From positions 59,381 through 123,380 of the forward strand of contig JBBIJY010000005.1 in assembly GCA_037445735.1 (NCBI GenBank): a stretch of DNA of 64,000 bases, written 5' to 3'. A model generated the notes under the pieces. The model had not been told where the DNA came from and did no database searches. It saw only the letters and a program-made list of their open reading frames with translations. Position 1 is the stretch's first letter. Every line of letters starts with the position of its first letter. The translations under genes and the position numbers were made by a program. The stretch comes from Armatimonadota bacterium (GTDB lineage Bacteria; Armatimonadota; Fimbriimonadia; Fimbriimonadales; GBS-DC). Below, one piece after another: positions 19,935 through 30,248 of this stretch.

Positions 19935-20273
19935 ATGAAGCCCGACAATTGGTTGCCCGATTTTTTGCGTCCGCTGTTCTGGGAGGTGGAGTTCCGACGC
20001 CTGTCGCCTGAGCGGGATCGGGACTACCTCTGTGTGCGGATTATGGAGCATGGCGACCTGCCCGCGATTCGCTGGCTGATAGCCACCTACGGCAAGCCTG
20101 CCCTGCGCGCGTGGTTGATTCAGCGTGAGGGGCGTGGGCTGAGCGCCCGCGCGTTGCGCTTCTGGGAAGCCCTGCTGGACCTGCCCCACCGCCAGGTTTC
20201 ACGCTGGATTCGCGCGCGCCCGACCGACCTATGGGAACGCCGCACGCACCGAGCCTCCACGAAACGGCGCTGA
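19935..20273 (+). CDS. DUF6922-like putative antitoxin
   Basis: LRPLFWEV...RIMEHGD...IRWL...YG...FW pattern; directly upstream of an AbiEii gene. Confidence 0.7.
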   Translation: MKPDNWLPDFLRPLFWEVEFRRLSPERDRDYLCVRIMEHGDLPAIRWLIATYGKPALRAWLIQREGRGLSARALRFWEALLDLPHRQVSRWIRARPTDLWERRTHRASTKRR

Positions 20274-20875
20274 ACGCGCGGGTGCGCTCTGCCCTGCGCG
20301 CCGTCGCGCCTTTCACGCGCCAGCATGGTTTCTACCTGGCGGGCGGCACAGCGGTCGCCCTCTACCTGGGGCATCGCCGCTCGGTTGATCTGGGCTGGTT
20401 CCGTGCCGAACCCCTGCCTGACCCCCTGCGACTGGCAGAGGCGTTCAAAGAGCACCTCGCATCGGCGGAAGCTATCCAGATTGCGGAAGGTACGCTCGCG
20501 CTGCGTGTGGCGGGTGTTCGCGTGAGCTTCTTCGAGTATCGCTACCCCCTGTTGCGCCCACCGCTCCACTGGGTAGATTACGGATGCTCGCTGGCTTCGC
20601 TGGAAGACCTCGCCTGCATGAAACTGCTGGCGATTGCCCAGCGCGGCACAAAGCGCGACTTTATAGACCTCTACGCGCTGATGTCGGTTATCCCTCTCTC
20701 GGAAGCACTGGCACTGTATCAACAAAAGTACGGGGTATCCGACACGACGCACATGCTGCGTGCGCTGACCTACTTCGACGATGCGGACGCCGAGCGCATG
20801 CCCGCTATGCGCCAGCGCATCCACTGGCGCGAGGTCAAGCGCACGCTGCGAGCGGCTGTCAAACAGCTTGCCTGA
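20231..20875 (+). CDS. AbiEii/AbiGii-family nucleotidyltransferase toxin
   Basis: FYLAGGTAVALYLGHRRSVDL, MKLLAIAQRGTKRDFIDLY and LTYFDDA. Confidence 0.88.
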   Translation: MGTPHAPSLHETALNARVRSALRAVAPFTRQHGFYLAGGTAVALYLGHRRSVDLGWFRAEPLPDPLRLAEAFKEHLASAEAIQIAEGTLALRVAGVRVSFFEYRYPLLRPPLHWVDYGCSLASLEDLACMKLLAIAQRGTKRDFIDLYALMSVIPLSEALALYQQKYGVSDTTHMLRALTYFDDADAERMPAMRQRIHWREVKRTLRAAVKQLA

Positions 20876-20895
20876 GGCGCGGAACGGCTGGCTTT

Positions 20896-22170
<1,275 letters not shown>

Positions 22171-22201
22171 GGTTCTGACCTCCTCTTTTGTCGGGTCTGC
22201 G

Positions 22202-22305
22202 CCCTCTCCCCCGCAGGCGGGGGAGAGAGTACGGGTAAGGGGGCAGACTTTCTCGCGCTGACAGGCAAACCCCTCACCCTGACCCTCTCCCCAGAGGGGA
22301 GAGGG
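22202..22305. repeat. Pair of BoxC-like palindromes between aceB and aceA
   Basis: ccctctcccccgcaggcgggggagagagtacgggtaagggg ... cccctcaccctgaccctctccccagaggggagaggg. Confidence 0.8.
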
Positions 22306-22321
22306 CTGAATGAACTGCCTC

Positions 22322-23932
22322 TCAATCAAGGTACTCATACGCGACGAGCGTGACGAAATCGATGAACTGGGGCGTCAGCACCACGCGCTCCAGGATCGCC
22401 GCCGCGTCGGTATAGCGGCTCCGCCGATAGGCGTCGGCGCTGATCTCGGCTTCGATCTTCGCCAGCTCCTCGCGCAACATCTGCTGGAACAGGTCGGGCG
22501 TGAAGGTGCGCCCATCGGCAAGCGTCGCCCTGCGCCAGATCCACTGCCACAGCTGCGAGCGCGAAATCTCCACCGTGGCGGCGTCCTCCATCAGATAGTT
22601 GATGGCAACGCAGCCTGTGCCACGCAGCCACGATTCCAGATAGCGCAGGCTGACCCCGATATTGGTGCGCACACCCCGTTCAGTGATGTCCCCACGCGGA
22701 AAGTTCAGCAACTCCTGTGCCGTAATCGCTCGCTGGGGACGCACATTCAGCTGGTTCACCCCGCGCAGGTTCTTTTCGAACACCTCCAGCACGATGGGCA
22801 CCAGACCCGGATGCGCGACCCATGTGCCGTCGTAGCCCTCGCTGATCTCGCGCTCCTTGTCGGCAACCACCTGCGCAATCGCGGCGGCGTTCGCTTCGGG
22901 GTCGTCGCGACGGGGGATGTATGCGGACATGCCGCCAATCGCATGAATCCCGCGCCGATGGCAGGTCTGCACCACCAGCTCGGAGTACGCCTTCATAAAG
23001 GGCACGGTCATCGTCAGCGTGGCACGGTCCGGCAGCACAACCTCGGGATGGTTGCGGAACTTGCGGATGACGCTGAACAGATAGTCCCACCGCCCGCTGT
23101 TGAGACCTGCCGAATGCTCGCGCAGCTCGTACAGGATTTCATCGCACTCAAACGCTGCCAGAATATTCTCGATCAGCACAGTGGCGCGAATCGTGCCACG
23201 CGGGATGCCCAGCTGCTCCTGCGCCATCGCAAAGACCTCGTTCCAGAGGCGCGCCTCCAGATGGCTCTCCAGCTTGGGCAGGTAGAAGTAGGGACCCGTG
23301 CCGCGCCGAAGGAGTTCCGCCGCGTTATGATAGAAATACAGCCCGAAGTCAAACAGCGCCGCAGGGGCAGGCTCGCCGTCAATAAACAGATGCTTTTCCA
23401 CCAGATGCCAGCCGCGCGGGCGCACGCACAGCACGGCGATCTGCTCGTTCAGGCGGTACTGCTTACCTTCGGGACTGGTGTATTCAATCGTGCGGCGCAC
23501 GGCGTCGTAGAGATTGATCTGCCCCTCGACGCAGTTCGCCCATGTGGGCGAGTTGGCGTCCTCGAAGTCCGCCATGAACACCTTCGCGCCTGAGTTGAGC
23601 GCGTTGATAATCATCTTGCGCTCCACGGGACCTGTGATTTCCACCCGCCGATCCATCAGATCGGGAGGTGGCGGTGCGACCTGCCAGTCACTGTTGCGAA
23701 TCGGTTCCGTTTCGGGCAGGAAGTCGGGCTTGTTGCCCGCATCGAGCCATGCCTGGCGCTCCTCACGCAGGCGCAGCAGCTCCTTTCGGCGGGGGTTGAA
23801 CGCGCGCGTAAGCGTCGCCACGAAGCGCAGGGCATCAGGCGTGAGAATCTGCGCATAGGCGGGTGGAACCGCGCCTCGAATCTCAATCCCTTCCGCCTGC
23901 AACTGCCGATTCAGCGTCTCACGATAATCCAT
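22322..23932 (-). CDS. aceB: Malate synthase A
   Basis: [31 protein letters not shown] and [18 protein letters not shown]. Confidence 0.97.
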   Translation of the reverse strand: MDYRETLNRQLQAEGIEIRGAVPPAYAQILTPDALRFVATLTRAFNPRRKELLRLREERQAWLDAGNKPDFLPETEPIRNSDWQVAPPPPDLMDRRVEITGPVERKMIINALNSGAKVFMADFEDANSPTWANCVEGQINLYDAVRRTIEYTSPEGKQYRLNEQIAVLCVRPRGWHLVEKHLFIDGEPAPAALFDFGLYFYHNAAELLRRGTGPYFYLPKLESHLEARLWNEVFAMAQEQLGIPRGTIRATVLIENILAAFECDEILYELREHSAGLNSGRWDYLFSVIRKFRNHPEVVLPDRATLTMTVPFMKAYSELVVQTCHRRGIHAIGGMSAYIPRRDDPEANAAAIAQVVADKEREISEGYDGTWVAHPGLVPIVLEVFEKNLRGVNQLNVRPQRAITAQELLNFPRGDITERGVRTNIGVSLRYLESWLRGTGCVAINYLMEDAATVEISRSQLWQWIWRRATLADGRTFTPDLFQQMLREELAKIEAEISADAYRRSRYTDAAAILERVVLTPQFIDFVTLVAYEYLD

Positions 23933-24243
23933 CCATTGCCTCCCTTCTCCTCGTTGAGCCTTGACCGACTGTTCGGTTAATAAGAAGATACCCCATCGGT
24001 CTATGGGTTAAAGGATACCCCAGAAACAGGGCGATCATGCATGCGATTCGAGGCGCGAGTCTGTAGATTTGTACAGAGAGCGTACCGCTTTCTCGCACAG
24101 AGATTGCTGACCAGGGCAACGATGCCAATCAAACACTCAAAGTGGCTCAGAGACCTGTCCGCTTTTGGCAGTCTTTCGAGTCTATACAGTACGGTATCGC
24201 GGGATGATACGATGACACTCAAATGATGGATGCAAGAGGTAGA

Positions 24244-25122
24244 ATGATGATGAGGTACAAAAGCATACTGATCGCATGGGCGGCTCTGCTGGCGGTCAAT
24301 GCCAGCGCACAGACGGTCTATTCGCAGAACACCGCTCCGGGTGACCTGTTCACCAACTCAGGCGCTACGAATCAGGGTCAGAGCTTCGGGCATCCCAACT
24401 GGGTCTACAACAATACGCGCGGGGGCGGCAGCGTCGGTATCCGCACTAACTACCCGCGCAACGGCAACGGCTCAGTCTACTTCAACAGCCCCAGCGGCAC
24501 AGGCAAGGCGGATATCGAGTATTTCGCCGATCCTGTGAACGCAGGCGGGAACTTTGTACCCAATCCGTTCAATCCCGCCTCGATTCTCGGCAACCTTGCG
24601 CAGCTTACCGCGCTCCGTTACGAATGGTATCGGGATGGTAGCTCGACGGTGATTGGGCACTTACACCCCGTGCTGCGGCTGGGGATCCTGCGGGTCAACC
24701 CGGATAACTCGGTCAACACAGGCTACCTGACCTTTGAACGGGTCTATAACGGGTTTTCTGGTGCCGCGCCGACCAACACCTGGGTGTCCGACGACATCAT
24801 TGCAGGCAACTACAAGCTCTGGGCGACCGCCTCGCTGGGCTTCGGCGACCCGAATGTCAACATCAACAATGTGCTGAAAACCATCTCCGAGTGGGTTGCC
24901 GCCGCGAGTGCAGTGAACGCCCAGCTGTTTGTTATCTCGGTGAACGCAGGCATCGGCTCTGGCTGGAATGGGCAGTTCACAGGCGCCGTTGATACCATCA
25001 CTTTCGGCTTTGGCGGCGCTTCCAGCACCTACAACTTCGAGGTTGTGCCTGAGCCGGCGAGCATAGCAGCACTGGGTATGGGTCTGGCAAGCCTGCTGGG
25101 TCTGCGCCGGCGCAGGATGTAG
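24244..25122 (+). CDS. PEP-CTERM sorting-domain surface protein
   Basis: Signal peptide ending ASA-Q; C-terminal VPEPASIAALGMGLASLLGLRRRRM. Confidence 0.9.
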   Translation: MMMRYKSILIAWAALLAVNASAQTVYSQNTAPGDLFTNSGATNQGQSFGHPNWVYNNTRGGGSVGIRTNYPRNGNGSVYFNSPSGTGKADIEYFADPVNAGGNFVPNPFNPASILGNLAQLTALRYEWYRDGSSTVIGHLHPVLRLGILRVNPDNSVNTGYLTFERVYNGFSGAAPTNTWVSDDIIAGNYKLWATASLGFGDPNVNINNVLKTISEWVAAASAVNAQLFVISVNAGIGSGWNGQFTGAVDTITFGFGGASSTYNFEVVPEPASIAALGMGLASLLGLRRRRM

Positions 25123-25137
25123 CATCCTTGCCCCGTA

Positions 25138-25188
25138 TCCCCGCACGCGGGAGAGAGGGTCAAAAATCCCTCTCACCCGTGTGCGGGG
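25138..25188. terminator. Long GC-rich hairpin (possible terminator, BoxC-related)
   Basis: tccccgcacgcgggagagaggg-tcaaaaat-ccctctcacccgtgtgcgggga. Confidence 0.55.
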
Positions 25189-25191
25189 AAG

Positions 25192-25360
25192 TTATCCCGC
25201 CTTGAGCGAGGCGATGACCTTCTCAAGATCGGGGAAGCTGGTCTGCACGCATTCCACATCGCGGCTCACCGTCTCCCCGATTGGGCGACCAGCCCCACTA
25301 TCGCCAGCATCATCGCGATGCGGTGCTCGCCATAACGCTGCACCCCCACGCGCCATTCAG
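25192..25360 (-). pseudogene. aroA: Frameshifted C-terminal remnant of EPSP synthase
   Basis: Minus-strand translation gives VQRYGEHRIAMMLAIVGLVAQ, then after a frameshift GETVSRDVECVQTSFPDLEKVIASLKAG*, matching the AroA DHRIAM...SFP terminus. Confidence 0.75.
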
Positions 25361-25457
25361 GAACGCGGGTCCGATCAGGCGGGGCTGACCGTTCAACCGC
25401 GCAGGTCGAAGCCCAGAAAACCCCGCAAAAAGCAGAGTCCAGTCTCCTTCCATGCCT

Positions 25458-25465
25458 GCCGATAA
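25458..25465 (+). promoter_or_regulatory. Sigma28 (FliA) -10 element upstream of fliD
   Basis: Perfect GCCGATAA 46 nt before the fliD ATG; the -35 is degenerate. Confidence 0.65.
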
Positions 25466-25511
25466 TCGGTCAGGGAACAGAGCCGGTGACACAGGGGGAG
25501 GGAGAATCGCT

Positions 25512-27797
25512 ATGTTCGGAGGCAGTATCACAGGCATCAACTTTGCCGGGCTGGCATCGGGCATCGACACGGAGGCGATTATCCAGAAGCTGATCGAGCT
25601 CCAGTCGCGCCCGCTCCAGCGGCTGATGGTGCGCAAGTCGGAGCTGAGCGCGCGTATGAGCGCGTTCGATCAGTTTCGCGGGCTGGTCAACAATCTTCAG
25701 ACCGCTGCGGGCGCGCTCTCCGTTAAAAACGCCTTCAATCTGATTCGCGCCACCTCGTCGGATACACAGGTCGCCACTGTAACAGCGTCCACCGACGCGC
25801 TGCCTGGCACCTACGAGCTGCGCGTCAGCAAGCTCGCGCAGGCGCATAAGATTATCAGCGGTGCGCACGCCTCCGCCACCGCTGAGCTGGGTGCCACTGG
25901 ACAGTTCATGGTGAACGGTAAGATTATTGAGGTCAACCCCAGCGACACACTGACCACCATCGCCAGCAAGATCAATGCTGCGAATGCCGGTGTCACGGCT
26001 TCCATCCTGAACGGCGATAACGGGCAGGTGTTCCTGACGCTCACTGCCACCCACACGGGCGCGGAGAGCCGAATCCAGCTTGCCGATGTGGGCGGCTACA
26101 ACATTATCGTGCCCACGCTCAAGCTGGTGAGCTACGCCGAGTTCATTCGCAACCAGCAGGGCAACGCCGCCCTCTCCGAACGGTTCACCGATTCGGGCAC
26201 GCCACTCGGCACCCTGTTCCAGATGAGCAGCCCCACCAGCGGCACCATCCAGATTAATGGCGTTGCTGTCTCTATCGACTTCGCAACCGACAGCCTCAAC
26301 ACCATCGCCAGCCGAATCAACAACGCGGGTATCCCGGGCGTCACCGCGTCAGTGGTCAGCGAGACGGTCAACGGCACAACCTACTACCGCCTCAAGATCG
26401 AAGGTGCCAGTGGTGTGCCCACCTTCACCGATAATAACAACATCCTCAAAAATCTGGGCATTCTGCAGAACCAGTACGAGCGCGAGCTGGTGCAGGCGCA
26501 GGATGCCGAGTTCAGCGTCGACGGCATCAACTTCAAGCGCAGCACCAATCAAATCACCGATGTGATTCCGGGTGTGACGCTCAATCTGCTCAGCGCGGAT
26601 GCCACCAACCCCAAAACGGTAACCATCACCCTCTCGCGCGATTACGACGGCATCAAAGGCTCCATCACCAGCTTCATTAATGCCTTCAACAGCCTCGTCG
26701 ACTTCATCAAGCAGAACGCCTCGTTTGACAAAGAGACCCTGAAGGGTGGCATCCTGTTTGGGGATAGCACAATCAGCCTGATTCAGGACACACTGGTGCG
26801 CCAGATCACCGATGTGGTGCAGGGTCTGGACGGCACGCTGCGGGCGCTCAGTCAGGTCGGGGTTCAGCTGGGGCAGGATGGCAAGCTCACGCTGGACGAA
26901 GGCAAGTTGATGCAGATGCTCAACAGCGATTTGACGGGCGTGAGCCGCCTTTTTATTGCGAACGGCACCACCACGAACACGCAGATCGCCTTTGTGTCGG
27001 CGACCGATGCGACGCGCCCCTCGCCCGCGACTGGCTACGAGGTGGTCATCACGCAGGTGGCAACCCGTGCCACCGCCAGCGCCAGCATCGCGCAAACGGG
27101 CGCCAGCACCACCGACGAACGGCTCACCTTTTCGGGCAGCCTGTTCGGCAATGAACCCTACACGCTGGTCATCCCTGCTGGCAGCACCATCGACGACACA
27201 ATCGCCCGCATCAATAGCGATGCCCGCCTCAAGAATCTGGTGGTCGCCAGCAAAGATAGCGAGGGCAGGCTGGTGATTCAGGCACGCAACTACGGCTCCG
27301 CCAGCAGTTTCACCGTCGTCTCGGACCAGGCAGCCAGCGCGACCAGCTCCGGCATCGGCACCACCGCCATTAACGCGCAGGGTCAGGATGTGGCGGGCAC
27401 TATCAACGGCGAACCCGCCACCGGTCAGGGACAGTTCCTCACAGGCAACAGCGGCAACCCGAACACCGCAGGCTTGCAGATTCGCGTGCTGGCGACCACG
27501 CCCGGCACCTACGGCGCGGTCATCTTCACGCGCGGCGTCGCCGACCAGGTGCGCCAGTACGCCAAATCGATCACCGATATCGTGAACGGCGACCTCACAC
27601 TGGCAACCAATACGCTTCAGGACCAGATTAAAGCCATCGACGAGCAGATGCAGAGCATTCGTGAGGAGATCAGCCGTCGCGAGCAGATGCTGCGTCAGCA
27701 GTTTGCTCGCCTGGAAAGCGCCCTCAGTCAGATGCAGTCGCAGAGCATGCGACTCTCCGCCATGCTGGGCGGCATGCCAGGACTGAGAATCGCCTGA
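25512..27797 (+). CDS. fliD: Flagellar filament cap protein (long form)
   Basis: FAGLASGIDTEAIIQKL, AQDAEFSVDG...RSTNQITDVIPGVTLNL and C-terminal QFARLESALSQMQSQ. Confidence 0.93.
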   Translation: MFGGSITGINFAGLASGIDTEAIIQKLIELQSRPLQRLMVRKSELSARMSAFDQFRGLVNNLQTAAGALSVKNAFNLIRATSSDTQVATVTASTDALPGTYELRVSKLAQAHKIISGAHASATAELGATGQFMVNGKIIEVNPSDTLTTIASKINAANAGVTASILNGDNGQVFLTLTATHTGAESRIQLADVGGYNIIVPTLKLVSYAEFIRNQQGNAALSERFTDSGTPLGTLFQMSSPTSGTIQINGVAVSIDFATDSLNTIASRINNAGIPGVTASVVSETVNGTTYYRLKIEGASGVPTFTDNNNILKNLGILQNQYERELVQAQDAEFSVDGINFKRSTNQITDVIPGVTLNLLSADATNPKTVTITLSRDYDGIKGSITSFINAFNSLVDFIKQNASFDKETLKGGILFGDSTISLIQDTLVRQITDVVQGLDGTLRALSQVGVQLGQDGKLTLDEGKLMQMLNSDLTGVSRLFIANGTTTNTQIAFVSATDATRPSPATGYEVVITQVATRATASASIAQTGASTTDERLTFSGSLFGNEPYTLVIPAGSTIDDTIARINSDARLKNLVVASKDSEGRLVIQARNYGSASSFTVVSDQAASATSSGIGTTAINAQGQDVAGTINGEPATGQGQFLTGNSGNPNTAGLQIRVLATTPGTYGAVIFTRGVADQVRQYAKSITDIVNGDLTLATNTLQDQIKAIDEQMQSIREEISRREQMLRQQFARLESALSQMQSQSMRLSAMLGGMPGLRIA

Positions 27798-27831
27798 ATC
27801 GAACCCGCACGGGTTCTAAATGGAGGAACCT

Positions 27832-28257
27832 ATGTACGGTGGCGTGAACGGACAGCAGCGCTACTTGCAAACGGCGGTGGAGACGGCGCATCCCGCCCGA
27901 CTGGTGGTGATGCTCTATGATGGCGCCCTCCGCTTCCTGAACCTGGCAGTAGAAGCCATCGAACAGCGCAACTACGAACAGCAGAATCTCTATCTACAGA
28001 AAGCGCAACGCATTCTTAGCGAGCTGATCAGCAGCCTCGACTTCGCGCAGGGCGGCGAAATCGCCGAGAACCTGTTCCAGCTCTACACCTATCTTTACAA
28101 CCAGCTGGTGCAGGCGAACATCAGCGACGATAAAGCAAAGGTTCAGCACGCAATTGCTCTGCTGAGCGAGCTGCGTGAGGCGTGGGACACCATCGCGAGC
28201 CAGGTGGAAGCCCCGCCCCAGACCTGCACGCCAGGGAAGGTGCATCTGCATGGCTAA
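27832..28257 (+). CDS. fliS: Flagellin chaperone
   Basis: VETAHPARLVVMLYDGALRF, LDFAQGGEIAENLFQLY and ELREAW. Confidence 0.95.
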   Translation: MYGGVNGQQRYLQTAVETAHPARLVVMLYDGALRFLNLAVEAIEQRNYEQQNLYLQKAQRILSELISSLDFAQGGEIAENLFQLYTYLYNQLVQANISDDKAKVQHAIALLSELREAWDTIASQVEAPPQTCTPGKVHLHG

Positions 28258-28588
28258 GAGCCTGATCGAGACCCTGCTGGATGATTTCTGGCTGCTGAGT
28301 CTGTCGCTGGAGCAGGCGCTGCAGGAGGACGACTGGGATCAGGTGGTGGGGCTGCTCCAGCGGCGAGAAGAGGTGCTGCGCACGCTGGAGTGTCTGGAGC
28401 CAGACCCCGCGTGGCTGCCCAAATTGCACCGCGCCCTCGAAGCCGACCACCGTTGCCAGCAACTCATTCAGCGCAAGCAGCGTGCCCTGCTGCTTGAACT
28501 GGAGGAGGAGAGCCAGCAACGCCGCTGCAGCGAACATTACCGCCCCACCCCCTTCGAACCACAAACCCGTTTCGAGCAAGAGGGATAG
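28250..28588 (+). CDS. FliT-like small helical chaperone
   Basis: Follows fliS; EDDWDQVVGLLQRREEVL pattern. Confidence 0.6.
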   Translation: MAKSLIETLLDDFWLLSLSLEQALQEDDWDQVVGLLQRREEVLRTLECLEPDPAWLPKLHRALEADHRCQQLIQRKQRALLLELEEESQQRRCSEHYRPTPFEPQTRFEQEG

Positions 28589-28664
28589 CGGCGGAATCAC
28601 CCCACAGCGGCCGAGGGGCACGCCGCTCTCTGGTGAGCGGGTCAAGCCGTGAGCGATGCGCGGA

Positions 28665-28690
28665 ACCCTCTCCCCAAGGGGGGAGAGGGT
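28665..28690. repeat. BoxC-like palindrome core between convergent genes
   Basis: accctctccccaagggggagagggt-type hairpin. Confidence 0.65.
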
Positions 28691-28696
28691 ACGCTC

Positions 28697-29758
28697 TCAC
28701 AGCGGAATGAAGCTCATATCGGGTGTGAGGCGGCGGGTGAAGGCAGCGAGCAGACGCACCGCGTTCTCCACATCCTCCAGCGAGAGCAGCTCGCAGGGCG
28801 TGTGCATGTAGCGCAACGGAACCGAGATCAGCCCCGTTGCCATCCCTGCGCGACTGATCTGCATCGCGTTCGCGTCGGTGCCTGTGCCGCCACCCACGGC
28901 GTCAATCTGATAGGGGATGCCCTCCTCTTCGGCGGTCTGCAACAGCAGGTCGAACACGCGCGGGTTGATGTTCGCGCCCCGGCAGAGAACGGGTCCCTTG
29001 CCCGGGATTACCTCACCGACGCGCTTTTTGTCCACGCTCGGGTAGTCGGAGGCGTGCGTGACATCGACGGCGATACCCACCTGCGGGTCGACGCCGTACG
29101 CGCTGGTGCGGGCGCCACGCAGCCCGATCTCTTCCTGCACGGTGGCGACGGCGAACACGGCAGCCGTCGGGCGATTCTCGCTGAGCAGGCGCAGCGCCTC
29201 CGCCACAATAAATGCGCCCATCTTGTTATCGAACCCGCGCGCGGTCGCAAAGCCGTTCATCAGCGGGGTGAACTCGGCGGCAATCGTGATGGGGTCGCCG
29301 ATGCGCACCTTCTCCTGCGCGGCGGCGCGACTGCCCGCGCCGATGTCCACCCACAGATCGTGCAGTTTGGGCGCCTTGCTGCGCTCGTCCTCCTCCAGCA
29401 GGTGGATCGGCTTGCGACCGATGACGCCCGGAATCGCGCCCGATGCGGTGTGCACATAGACGCGCTGCCCGACAGGGATGACCGCGTCGTGCCCGCCTAT
29501 CGGACCGAAATAGAGGAAGCCCTCGTCGGAGATATAGCGCACGATGAAGCCGATTTCGTCCATATGTCCGGCGAACATCACGCGCGGCTTGCCCGATGGG
29601 TTCAGCGCTGCAATCACATTGCCCATCACATCGGTGGTCACTTCGTCGGCGAACTCGCGCGTGTAGCGGCGATACACCTCTGCCGCCCGATACTCATAGC
29701 CGGATGGCGACGGTGTGTTCACAATCGTTTTGAAAAACTCCAGCGATTCGGGTCTCAT
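28697..29758 (-). CDS. M42-family metallopeptidase
   Basis: GHMDEIG, FDNKMG, VQEEIGLRGA, GTDA and LRYMHTP. Confidence 0.92.
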   Translation of the reverse strand: MRPESLEFFKTIVNTPSPSGYEYRAAEVYRRYTREFADEVTTDVMGNVIAALNPSGKPRVMFAGHMDEIGFIVRYISDEGFLYFGPIGGHDAVIPVGQRVYVHTASGAIPGVIGRKPIHLLEEDERSKAPKLHDLWVDIGAGSRAAAQEKVRIGDPITIAAEFTPLMNGFATARGFDNKMGAFIVAEALRLLSENRPTAAVFAVATVQEEIGLRGARTSAYGVDPQVGIAVDVTHASDYPSVDKKRVGEVIPGKGPVLCRGANINPRVFDLLLQTAEEEGIPYQIDAVGGGTGTDANAMQISRAGMATGLISVPLRYMHTPCELLSLEDVENAVRLLAAFTRRLTPDMSFIPL

Positions 29759-30228
29759 TTTGTGCCTCCTGATAGTCGATGAAGGTTCGCCATTTCGATG
29801 GCGCTGAGCGCGGCTTCGGCGCCCTTGTTGCCCGCTTTGCCGCCCGCGCGTTCGAGCGCCTGCTCGAAGGTGGCTTCGGTGAGGATGCCCAGTGCGACGG
29901 GCACACCCGTGTCCAGCATGGTGCGCATCAGCGCGTTGCAGACCGCGGCGCTGATATGGTGAGCATGGGCGGTCTCGCCCTGCAGCACCGCGCCGAGACA
30001 AATAATGGCGTCATACTGCTGGCTTCGGGCGCACGCCTGCGCCGCGAGGGGTATCTCCCAGCTGCCCGGCACAGAGTAGAGGTCGATCGCGTTCGGGTCA
30101 GCGCCGTGCTGCAACAGGGTCTGGACTGCGCCCTCGCGCAGGCGGTCCGTGATGAGCGCGTTATAGCGGCTGACAATCAGTGCGAACCGCAATCCCTGCG
30201 CCTGCAAACCGCCCTCGTAGCTTGCCAT
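29755..30228 (-). CDS. ribH: 6,7-dimethyl-8-ribityllumazine synthase
   Basis: VPGSWEIP, ICLGAVLQGETAH and RAGGKAGNKGAEAA. Confidence 0.95.
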   Translation of the reverse strand: MASYEGGLQAQGLRFALIVSRYNALITDRLREGAVQTLLQHGADPNAIDLYSVPGSWEIPLAAQACARSQQYDAIICLGAVLQGETAHAHHISAAVCNALMRTMLDTGVPVALGILTEATFEQALERAGGKAGNKGAEAALSAIEMANLHRLSGGTK

Positions 30229-30248
30229 CGCGGTCGAGTATACCCTCT

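Noticed and set aside
22171-22338. 56-aa N-terminal extension of aceA
   Set aside because: It is a translation of BoxC-like repeats; the RBS supports ATG 22170.
23940-24240. AT-richer intergenic region with GATACCCCA occurring twice upstream of aceB
   Set aside because: Could be an operator, but two 9-mers without a recognisable consensus are too weak to call.
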